DNA of 20,000 nt from Catajapyx aquilonaris. Its lineage: Eukaryota. The position numbers and the translations under genes were made by a program. A model generated the notes under the pieces. That model saw nothing but the letters and a program-made list of their open reading frames with translations, was not told where the DNA came from and made no database searches. Positions 1-10,326 of the stretch are shown here, in pieces. The stretch covers positions 57,154 through 77,153 of the forward strand of contig JYFJ02001519.1 of NCBI GenBank assembly GCA_000934665.2. The letters run 5' to 3'. The stretch's first letter is position 1. Each line of letters starts with the position of its first letter.

Positions 1-2184
1 ATTCATTAGTCACCTCTGACGATGCTGTAAACAAAGTGCGAAAAGGTAAAGGATAAAGCAAAGTGGGAACCAGAGTTCTAATGCCTACCAGGCATGACTA
101 ATCCATCAACTCTCCTCCGTCGCCCTTTTTCGGATTGTCAACTAGGGCAGAGAAACACTAATGGTGACAGGAACATGAATGAACTTTCGCCGCCACCTTT
201 ATTTCCGGCTGGAAGCTGTGCAATGTATCCTGAAAGCTCAGGTTCAAAGTCCATTTTTTGACCTATAATGACCATTATTTGGTTAACAATTTACGAGTTT
301 TTTTTGGTTCGACGGCAACTCGAGTTTGATGGCCAGGTTGGAGATTTTTACTGCGCCCAATTTGTGGGGTAATTGATCCCCTTTGTGGAGTCCCTAAGCG
401 GTTATTGTGATCCAAGGTACTAAATTTCGTATGTAATTTACTAGCTGGAACACAGGATGAGTCCATGATTGATTGGGAAAGGTCAAAGTTACTCTCTATG
501 ATCCACAATTATATTTTTCTGTGACTATATCATCCCACTGAATTTACAGTACAGCTGTTTGGGATTCAGGACATACAATGTGCAGAGTCGAAATGCGATT
601 CTGTTTTGAATGCCATGGAGGGTGACAATTACGGCTGGATAAATCAGTATCAAAGAACAAAGTGATTCGGACTAACATAATTTTGCGTACAACTAGATGA
701 TATTGTATGTTGTGGTGTTGTGCATTTCAGTGGCATATTGGCTCTTCACAGTGATTAATGTGGATAAGTAAGTTTTGATATAATTATTTATGTGATGTGT
801 GCTAGTGGCCATGCTAAAATAATGCAAATTATACCTCAAGGTTGTTGTTTTGAAAATACTGTTTGGTTTACGCTTTGTTGGCAAATCCGCTATTCTAAAC
901 AGGGTTCCTGAGGCGTGTGATGTGTGGGTGCAGGTAAACATCTGGCACAATGTATCTGAGACCAGGGTACGGAATATCCTCCTGTTTATGTAAGTTATAC
1001 CTGCAGGGAAGGAAATTGCATGAAAGTGTAAGAGAAGTAATATACTGACCGTCATGTGCGCGTCATAACAGGTCATAACCCTCAACTTCTGTAATAAGTG
1101 TTTCATGCCAAGTATATTCATGTCCATTGCGCTGAACTAATTCCAAGCTGCTCGAAAATTATTCTCATTGTTTCTTGTTGTTTTAATTAAAGTTTTCGTC
1201 GCTCATAGTTGTATCAAAACTTCCGAATATATTCTTGCTTCTGCTCACGTCAGCAGTTTTATTCTTTTCCATTATTCAAGGCGCCGTCTATAATTAGATC
1301 TGTAATTGCCTAAGTTGCCAGCTGCATTACAAGTCAAGCAAACCATCATGCTGTGGGTAATTAGACTGACTAATTTTGGCTACTTGGACTTGTACTTGGA
1401 GCACCTCGAGGAAATGCAGGAAATTCCGAATAGTACTGTATAATTGGGTGTACGAATGCAAACTATACAATAGTTGTGCCCTGAGAAAAATTCAAAGTTT
1501 CAGTTTGAATTTGACGTGATGCACACTGCTAACTAACGCTAGTAGCAGAAGTACACTTGGGTCGTGCTGTATGATATACTGTAACTAAAAGTAGCTTTAC
1601 TGCCTGGAGTTCATGAATTAATATGTACGCCATATCCCTATGGATGACGAATTATTATGGGCAGGCTCCGTACTTCTAAAAGGGCCAACTTGCAATGCAC
1701 GGATGACTCGAGCTAATTATATTATCTCATCAAGAAGTAGACGTCTATTAGTACCGGCAGGGACCTAACTGTCTGACACTTTGCGAGTATGCTGGTCCTG
1801 GAGTCACATTTGCACGTAGACCCAAAAGTTTCTGGTATCACGTCAAGTCTGCTTATATGTTGAGATGTAGGGCTCATGCGAGTAGAATATAAATGCTGCT
1901 ATTAGTTACAGGCAATAAGCTAAGTGCTCCTCCGTGTCTGCTGCAGCACTGACTGTACCTGCATACAGACATGACGTGATGATGTTACAGCTAAACTTGA
2001 GCCTAGATTTGTACCCGTTTGAGGATACAGCTCCTGGAGGAATATGTTTCCAGTCCCTGGAAATAACACCAAGAAAGTAGCTAACAGTTATGTTCATTGA
2101 TCCAATTCCTAAGCAAATCTTGTTGAAGGTGTCCCTGCAACACTCATTAGCCATTGACGCACTCATCAGTTGTTAAACCATTAT

Positions 2185-2190
2185 TTTATT
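2185..2190 (-). promoter_or_regulatory. Polyadenylation signal AATAAA
   Basis: TTTATT on +, about 33 nt downstream of the TAG at 2225-2223. Confidence 0.6.
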
Positions 2191-2222
2191 CGAGCACATG
2201 ACTCCAAGCATACAGAGCTGCA

Positions 2223-2888
2223 CTAGTGAAACAAAAACGCGTGCTGATCCAACATATGGTGATCCTCATCATCATGCTCCTTGTTGATCTTCCTCCTGGA
2301 GCCGTGAGGCTCGTCCTGGATTCGCTTATCAATGGCCTCGTCAAATGGTCCATGCCGAGGGCGTTGCTTCAGGCCAGCGATGATGACCCCTGGTCTCCGG
2401 TCGATGATCTCAGGACCGACCTTGTCCGGCATGGAGCCATGAACCTCCACCAGCTCCATGGTTGTGTCTGGCCCCTGCTGACCCTCGCGAATTCGCTGGG
2501 GAGCTCGGTAGTGGAAGTCCCCCATGTCTGGCTGCTTGTCCTTCTGGAATCCAGGTGAGGTATGCACTGTTTTCTCGGACGGTGTTTTGGGTATCGGCAG
2601 AGGAGCGTCCTCGAACTCGTGTATGATCGAGGATGGACCGAAACTCTGGTGTCGGTGGTCAGATTTTGGGTCTTGATCCACTTGCTCTTGGGTGTAGACG
2701 TGGCGTGGAGCCGGGGTGGGGTCAGGAATTGGGGTGGTCACTGCGTTGGAGTCAGTCAGGTCGTCTGTCAGCATTGCATCTGGGGGAAGAAAAATGGTGT
2801 GTAATTATGGCTGTAAATTGACTTGGGCAGATATACCTTGAAAAGTTGCTGCCAGTAGGAGACTGAGGAGCACTACGTAAGGAGACAT
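2223..2888 (-). CDS. Uncharacterised secreted, Cys-free, Pro/Asp/His-rich protein (202 aa, 2 coding exons)
   Basis: Exon 1 is 2888-2837 (MSPYVVLLSLLLAATFQ plus G, signal-peptide-like) with donor CAAG|GTATAT. The 57-nt phase-1 intron 2836-2780 ends in a polypyrimidine tract plus CAG. Exon 2 is 2779-2223, in frame with ORF 2223..2774. TATAAA lies at 2945-2940 and AATAAA at 2190-2185. No family recognised. Confidence 0.8.
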
Positions 2889-2939
2889 CCTGCCGATGTT
2901 TGGTGGAAGAATGGTTCGGATGGAGGACGACGCTGGTTC

Positions 2940-2945
2940 TTTATA
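2940..2945 (-). promoter_or_regulatory. TATA box of the 202-aa secreted protein gene
   Basis: CTATAAAG on the minus strand, about 55 nt upstream of the ATG at 2888. Confidence 0.6.
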
Positions 2946-5104
2946 GAGAGGACACGAAATCCAGTTCGAGCCAGGTTTCACGTTCTGCGAAATGGGACAG
3001 TTCGCGGAATGGGACATTGTGTTGTGGTGCGAATTCTGGTGCCAAGAAGTGCTTGCCTCTCTGGACTGTTTCTATTGTCTGTGATCCTGGAAGCCGTCCC
3101 GTCGTCGCGTCGCCGCATTTTTGAAAACAATATTCCTGCGGTCGTATCGCTGGACCATTATCGTTGCTAGGTAGCCTTTAAGGACGACTAAGTTATAATT
3201 AGTTGATTCATGCGCATCACATTCTAATCTGGACTGGCCGGGATCCACAATGTATAAGGATATCTAATTACCTTGTTGTCATTAAGCTTCTTTAGCAATT
3301 CTGCATAGGCCTACTGTATACGGTTGTCTTCCAACGAAATGAACAAATTTGCGTTCTCACTGATATTTTAGGCCTATTTTGTTTCATCTGGTTGTATGAT
3401 GGCCTTTGATTCGGAGACCCTGATGAAAGCCACAAACAGCATTGGATGAATGCTATCTATAGACTGTTTGTACTTCGTCATATAGCCTACGTGCACTTGA
3501 ATCGATTGGGTTTCCACACAAAACCACACATACCTATGTGGAACTGAGAACTAAGGGAGAGAAAACATCCGCGCTCCCTATTGTCTCTGTAACAAATTAG
3601 ATTGTGAGGGTGCTTGTCTATATAGCTGCTGATGCCTAGATGGGACTTGACCCATTTCTACCTTTTAAAAAAATGGGAACTATTCTACCAAAACGACATG
3701 TTCCTTCAGCTTGATTTCGAAAATGAAATGATGGGTCTCTGCTGATTATAAAATTATTAATTATATGAAAGTATTAAAATTGGACTCTTCTTTTAAATAA
3801 TAACACTGATCTTCACAGGTTGCATTGCTGTACAAGACAAAATTTTGTCTTTTTGTTTAATTTCTTAAGAATTTATGAGAAAAGTCAACCATTTTTGTTA
3901 TTGACCATCCCCCTTTAAAAATCTGGGCTTATATATACGCCAGCAGATTCCTTTCCCCGGCTTCCACTTTTCTCTCTGATATCTGCCACGCCGCTCAGTG
4001 AATGCCTCTTTTTGGCCTCCCAGCAACGCTGTTAGCGGTGTACGAGGTATTATGAACGAGCCTTACAGAAAGGCTCTTTCACTATAGTTTCACACCCACC
4101 TAAACTCAAGCAACAAGCAGTAATAAAAGAGGTCCCCAACTATGCTCCAATTTGAGGAATCATATAGGAAGCTCCTAAAGTATCCACCTTGCTGAAATAG
4201 CGTGTAGGTAAACAACTGAAGACCTGTGCAGTTACATCCGGTCCTAATTACGTACTTTGCTGCAGCCTATAGAAATGTGTGATCCAATAAAGATGTTACA
4301 TTCAGCATTTTCGACAAAATATTTCCTGCTGGTAGCGCGTACCACAGGCAACTATGAATCTCTCTCTTGAAAATCGATCCGGTTTTTCATGCATGTTGTC
4401 GACTCATTATTTCCTAGCTGTATGATCTATTGTTGTCCATCACGGTCGTGGAGACACAATCTGTTATAGATTCCCCCGAGTGTGACACTGTACCTATTAT
4501 GCTGATTTTGTAGGCGGAGTGTGCATATATACCTCTCACGTGCAGTTTACCTGCAGCTTTAATATCATGGGGGCGTATACGTACCGAGCACCAAATGTAA
4601 AGCGGAGTAATGAGTTGTTAAAATAGTTTTATCTCTCGAGTGGCTCTCGGGGAGGGATTTAAACGGCTGCCTTAGATTACGCAGCGTTTAAGCTGAACTT
4701 TATACAAAATGAAGAAAGACAATTTGCAAGTAGGTTCAAATTAGACTGTAATCCTATGCAAAGGAAAGCAATATTATTTTGAGTTGGAAGCGTGCGAAGA
4801 ATAATAAGTACGGATTATGCCCCGAGAGATTATTAAGTAATTATCACAGTACCGTAGGAATGGGATTAAGTTTTCTGAAAAGGTTCACTTTGCTGAGATT
4901 CTGATGCACACTCTGTATACAGGTTGGTCAAATAAGAAAGGAGCATTGTTTGTAATAATTCTGCTCAGCTCTTACTCTTATTTATTACTATTATATTTTT
5001 TATTTGTTACTCTTATGTAATGGTTTTTAGGTTACTCATTGCTATATTAGGCGACCCGGTATTTTTAAATATCATTAAAAAGCGACTTAATAAGATCCTT
5101 ACAT

Positions 5105-5110
5105 TTTATT
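5105..5110 (-). promoter_or_regulatory. Polyadenylation signal AATAAA
   Basis: TTTATT on +, about 115 nt downstream of the stop at 5226-5224. Confidence 0.5.
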
Positions 5111-5223
5111 CGATGTCGTAAGACCTGCGTGTTTCATCCACATGAATACATCAATTGACTTTCATTCCCGTTGTAAAACATCGACACATCATAAGATGCA
5201 CGAAACCAAGCAGTAGACCCCCA

Positions 5224-7237
5224 CTACTTTGGTTGATTAGATACAAACAATTTCGTCGTGTTGGTAACCTTCTCAGTTTTGGACTGTACATCATACGAGG
5301 TGTCCAAAAAAGCGAACGGCTCCTCTTCTTTGTCGTCCTTAACGAAACCTCCACTGACATCCTCCGAATTGGCTTCCATCAGAGCCTCCGGATCGAAATC
5401 GACCGAATGAAGAAGCTGCTTGACCGTCTTCCCCAGTGAAAACGGCTCTTTGACTGCATCTGCTGCGCTGATGTCGAACTGTGCTGGGAGTCGCACAGCC
5501 TCGACGCTGCCTTCGTACTCCTCTTCACTCAGATACTTCGGGGCGTCCATCTCGAAGTACTCAGGCTCCTTTATGGCTTCCACGCTGAGCAAAAACGACT
5601 CAGGCTTTCTGATTGCTTCTTTGACGAAGGAATCGGGCGCTGTTATCGGCTCAGGTTCCATGTCATTGTCTTCAAATGAATCGGAGTAGGCGTAGGGACC
5701 TCTGGCTGTTTCCATGCTTGGTGCGTACATGACAGCCTCCATGCTGGGCATGTAACCGTGGTCGTCATTTGTGCTGTACATACTGGGAGATCTGGTGTCG
5801 TATGCGTAGTGTGAGTTGAATTCACGGTTTGCTTCCATTGACAGTTCGGCCGAGTGTGAGTCCTTCCTGTTTTCCATGCTGGCATCGAAAGAAGCAGGCT
5901 CTCTTACAGCATCTTGTCTGGATGCTTTGGTTGGTGGGATTCGCAGGTTGTATCCTGGTTTCTCTATGGGCTTTGTCGGAATTCTTAGGTCCATTGTGGG
6001 TGGTTCCCTGACAGATTCTGTCGATTGGTTGTCATCTTCGGCCCAATGTTCCTCTTCCTTCATCTCCTCCATGCTGGGCTCCTCTTCTTTCACCTCCTCC
6101 ATGCTGGGTTCATCCTCACGTAGGTTCGACTGAGGGTACTTGTAGTTGCGTGTTGGAGTCTCCTGCACCGCCTCGATGCTGTGGGAATACCGCCCCATGA
6201 GTCCTTGTTCGTCGCTGTTGTGAGAGGCTGACTCTTCTCTGATGAACTCCATGCTGTAGGCATATGGGTCTTCCAGAAGTTGCTCCATGCTGGGATATGA
6301 TCCGTCGAATTTGGGTTGGTGGTTGTCGTCTTTTCTCGGAGCTGGCAGGCGCATCTCTCGGATTTGGGCCATTTCGAGTCCGTCTGGATACTCTGATCCT
6401 TCCTGTATTTCCTCCAGGGTTGAGGTCGATGGGGCACCTGGAAATCAACGGGAGGATGTGTACATATTTTTCAGTATATAAGCAAACTCCTGTAGATGAA
6501 TTTCTGAATATCCTATAGTGAATTTTTTATGTGTCATTTGGTCACCGACTCGTCAGTAAGATAATCAGTATTAATCAAAGTTTCCACAATGCCACACTGG
6601 TGCACCTTAGATACTTCTAAGCCTTATTGTAAGTTTGTTTGAATCTTCCTGTAACACCCTGTACATTCTACGATTAAAAAAAAACACTTATAGGTCATAT
6701 TTAGAGAAGCTGCATTTCCTGTGCAAATAACTGCTGGAGTTGACATGCGACGCAATAAAAATAATAAATTGAACTTGAGAGTGAGAAGTTGTTGGTGCCA
6801 ATGCATAACTTTTCAGGGCCTTCAAATAAAATGTTTTTCTTTACCATTACTGCATATGGAAAACTACAGTATACAACGAGTTACAAAGTGTTTCCGCTAC
6901 AAATTTGATTGGCATAAAAATGTAAAAGGGGGCAGAAAAACTTATCAAAAAGGTACTGCTGCACTCGATATGGCCCAAGTTCACAGTACAGCAATACAGT
7001 ATAAATGGTGTAGGTAATGTTTAACTTAACCCCAGCAATTAAATTAGAGAGAAGCAAATACTGACAAGTGCATGTGGCCCTCATCCGGCGGGCTTTTCTT
7101 TTTAACATTTTTAAACCTCCCGGCTTGAACTCGATATTTTAAGATAAATAACATTATATCACTGGCGATGCTGACATACCCAAAGCCACGACTCCCAGCA
7201 GAGCGTATCCAAAGATGGCGATGTATATGGACGTCAT
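5224..7237 (-). CDS. Uncharacterised secreted acidic repeat protein rich in S-x-E motifs (423 aa, 2 coding exons)
   Basis: Exon 1 is 7237-7180 (MTSIYIAIFGYALLGVVAL plus G, signal-peptide-like) with donor TTGG|GTATGT. The 742-nt phase-1 intron 7179-6438 ends TTTCCAG. Exon 2 is 6437-5224, reading (G)APSTSTLEEIQEGSEYPDGLE into ORF 5224..6372. TATAAA lies at 7323-7318 and AATAAA at 5110-5105. No Cys; no domain recognised. Confidence 0.85.
6051..6110. repeat. 30-bp coding tandem repeat, 2 copies (EPSMEE[V/M]KEE)
   Basis: cctcttccttcatctcctccatgctgggct versus cctcttctttcacctcctccatgctgggtt, 3 mismatches. Confidence 0.9.
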
Positions 7238-7317
7238 GCCGACACTACGTCCACTGCATGCGGTACTGGAGAAAACAGAACAAAATTTCTGATCTGCCTT
7301 CGCCTTTTCTGGTCGAC

Positions 7318-7323
7318 TTTATA
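7318..7323 (-). promoter_or_regulatory. TATA box of the 423-aa secreted protein gene
   Basis: CTATAAAG on the minus strand, with an Inr-like TCAGA about 30 nt downstream (near 7292-7288) and the ATG at 7237. Confidence 0.65.
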
Positions 7324-9332
7324 GCCTCGCCTCTGACGTGGAAGGACAGGCCAGTATAACTATGCGAATATTACACATATTCTGGAAGCAACACAGAAAA
7401 ACAAGGGGTGCACGTACGTACGGTGAAAATTCCTTCCAGGGAATCTCGACGCATATGCTGTACTTGTTGACGAATTCGATGCACTGGTAATGATGGGCTG
7501 ACATTTTTCGTTGTGAGATTAGCGTGCGTCATAGCAATGAAGGAGGACTGCAGGGCTTGGCTGTCAAATTAACTAGGATAATAATGGTGATGCTTTGTGG
7601 GGTTGAAGACCTTTCCTTTTTATTCCCAATGTAAAATTAGCTGTCAATGTTTAATTGTGCGGTCTAATATCGTGCGTGTTTTTGAAGTATGAACGTATTT
7701 CATTCAGTTCGACAAGCATCATCAGAGTATTTGACTAATTATGATACAATGGACCATATCTGGATAGGAAGTGAATATCCAGCTATTGACTGTGAAACCG
7801 TAGTTAGGTTAATAATTATTATGATCATGCCAGACACTGTGGGAGTCAATGACGCGTACAATTTTTTAAATGAAAGGAGTGTATTAATGGTGCACTACGA
7901 GTTCCCATCATAAAACGTTAGTAGCCAAAGTTTACAATATTGGATTTTTAGATTGGGAAGGCTTTTATTGAGCATTTTTAGAGTATAGCGTATGTTATAG
8001 TGTGGGGGTGTTATTTCAGTGCGATTTTCACAATCGGAATTGTCAATCATTCATAATAGTGCAACGCCCGTTTCTCTAGTACTGTACACTGATTTGCTAA
8101 CATTGTTCGATTACTTATTCGAACGAGAAGACTGATGTGTGGAGTTTTCATGCTCGAGAAAGAAAAGGAAGGACATAAACTTATGCGTAATCGGCAACCA
8201 AAATTTCAGACACGATACAATCACGATAAGAGTATAGGAAGAAAACACGTGTCGACGCATAAGACAAGCAATGTTTTCATATTTTCTAAATAAGTTTTTA
8301 TATAAAATTAGGTCTAGGTCGAGCCACCACCCTTGACTCACTTGATATGGAATGACCCGCAGTCTAGATCATGCTGCCCCAGAGATAAAAAAATGTGTGG
8401 TTCGGAAGACGCTCGGATTTATTTTCTTTGGCAAGTTATTAATAGTCACCAAGGTCGGATAACTGACCTGCGCAAGTTTTGCACCATCTTGCAAAATACA
8501 GTTGCAATAGGGAGCACTGTCAATATAAGACCCCGCCAAAAAAACATGACGCAGGACTATTCTCAACTATAGGTCGATGAGTGTTAAATGGACGAGATAA
8601 TCGACTGCAATATGTGAACAATGTGATCCAAATATGTCGGATTACAAAATAATACGATAGAGCGAATAATGATCGCATTTGTTTGGCGGCTTCTGTGTGA
8701 TGTGTTTTATTTGTTTATGGCTTACTGTAGAGGACACCAGGGAATTTGCCTGTTTCATTATTTTATTTCGCACTCTACGGCTGGTATGATGCATGTTCAC
8801 ACTATTTGCATATTCCGTTTTTGCAATCAGCTCGGTTATGTAGTGCTACGTATGAGTTCATCATCTGGTGTACAACAATGCAAAAAAGTTGTATTTGGAC
8901 AATCGGCAGGCAAGTTGTAAAATAGCCCAATCATTCACTATACACGCATTGAAACTCAGTTGACTGTGAGCTAATATGTCGCGAATAGCTCTGGAATGTC
9001 ACGTCGTTTAGCGAGCGTTTAATTGTTTTATTGCTAATTCTATACAGTCACACACAGAAAGGCCTACTGGGACCAATGGTTACACGCAATGATAACTACC
9101 TGTACCGCTGAATAATATATTCAGATTTGCGTCTATTTTGTGGTTACAACAAGTGGACTTATTAGTGAATCAAAAGTTCATTACGAAGCTTCTGTCTACG
9201 CAAGGCATAAATGACTTGCCCACTCTCATTGCACAACCGACCGTATCAGTTAATCAGCATATCCATTGGATCGTATCCAAGTGAATTATGGGGAGATGAG
9301 TCTACCGAATTAATTATACTCGTATCCTCATC

Positions 9333-9404
9333 GGTCCCATGGTGTAATGGTTAGCACTCTGGACTCTGAATCCAGCAATCCCAGTTCAAATCTGGGTGGG
9401 ACCT
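9333..9404 (+). tRNA. tRNA-Gln-CTG: tRNA-Gln (anticodon CTG), intronless, 72 nt
   Basis: GGTCCCATGGTGTAATGGTTAGCACTCTGGACTCTGAATCCAGCAATCCCAGTTCAAATCTGGGTGGGACCT. Acceptor stem GGTCCCA/TGGGACC, anticodon stem CTGGA/TCCAG with CTG at 9366-9368, T stem CCCAG/CTGGG. A and B boxes are intact. It closely resembles the canonical metazoan tRNA-Gln. Confidence 0.97.
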
Positions 9405-9413
9405 CGGATCTCC

Positions 9414-9423
9414 TTTTTTTTTT
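9414..9423 (+). terminator. RNA polymerase III oligo(T) terminator
   Basis: A run of 10 T starting 10 nt after the tRNA 3' end. Confidence 0.85.
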
Positions 9424-9780
9424 GGAGAGGCTAGTTGAGGGGATGCTTCTAGAAAGGTTTAGTTTCTCTCTCTAACGTAGGTGCTTCATCAGCATCCTGA
9501 AATTTCATTATCGATGCATCAGGTAGGATTTTAACCCGCGGCGTGACATAAAGGAGCAAGAATGAGATTATCATCGATTTTTTTCAACAAAAAAGCCCGT
9601 AATGTTTGGCGAGGTGGACAGTATCTTACGTCAAAATAATGACTGTTAACAATGTCAAAAAATTGCGATGATATCAACATTAGTTAGTAGCCATTAAAAG
9701 CCCCTGACGTCAGAATCCTTTGATTGCAGACACTTAATTAAACTCTCTTTACTAATTCTAAATTAAAGTGACATTTTCGA

Positions 9781-9859
<79 letters not shown>

Positions 9860-9882
9860 GTACTACTACTACTACTACTACT
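9781..9882. repeat. (TAC)n trinucleotide microsatellite
   Basis: 26 perfect TAC units, a TG interruption at 9859-9860, then 7 more TAC units. Confidence 0.98.
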
Positions 9883-10326
9883 TTATTAACCCCATTGCTA
9901 ACTCTAAATGAAAGTGAAATTTTTCCTACTAAAGCTCGATTGCGTATGATGGATAGTAAACCAATAACAAGTGATCTATCGTATGTGAATAACACGGATA
10001 GGGATTAACTACCGATCATGAAACCCGCCAGAAATTGTTGCCAGATTATGCAATGCACTTGGTGGCTTCTGACAATAATTAAATATTATGCAATTATTTT
10101 ACCAGTTTTAGTAACTTGATATGCTGAATTTTACTGGTTATATGGGCTAACACTGCATTTAATTTTTGGTAGAAATTCTCCCATCGACCTGGCAACCCTG
10201 CTCCCGGATTCAAGATGGCGCCGTTGAAGAAGCAGGTTGTTATGCCTTGACGTGGCCCCTCCTTTTGCCCCTGGTCGGCCCCACCCTCGCCCTCGCCCTG
10301 CCCCTGAAGCAGCCTCGCAGAAAACC

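Noticed and set aside
693..1127. 144-aa minus ORF containing signal-like MTVSILLLLHFHAISFPAG followed by GT
   Set aside because: Could be a third signal exon or simply a polypyrimidine tract plus CAG. I found no TATA box and no convincing partner exon, so no gene model is supported.
1906..2166. 86-aa minus ORF with several AG/GT splice-like sites
   Set aside because: No consistent exon chain or recognisable protein, and it lies immediately past the polyA signal of the neighbouring gene.
2226..2804. Plus-strand ORFs opposite the 202-aa gene
   Set aside because: Antisense shadows; the minus strand has the TATA box, signal exon, splice sites and polyA signal.
4918..4937. TACAGGTTGGTCAAATAAG, resembling a mariner-type terminal inverted repeat
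   Set aside because: No matching inverted copy and no transposase remnant found in the window.
5151..6518. Multiple overlapping short ORFs around the 423-aa gene
   Set aside because: Alternative-frame or antisense by-products of one long GC-richer exon.
7400..9300. Short ORFs in the AT-rich divergent intergenic region
   Set aside because: Random-looking composition with no coherent splice or motif support.
9781..9882. CRISPR-like or other prokaryotic repeat system
   Set aside because: Simple trinucleotide repeat with no spacers; the whole window is eukaryotic with spliceosomal introns.
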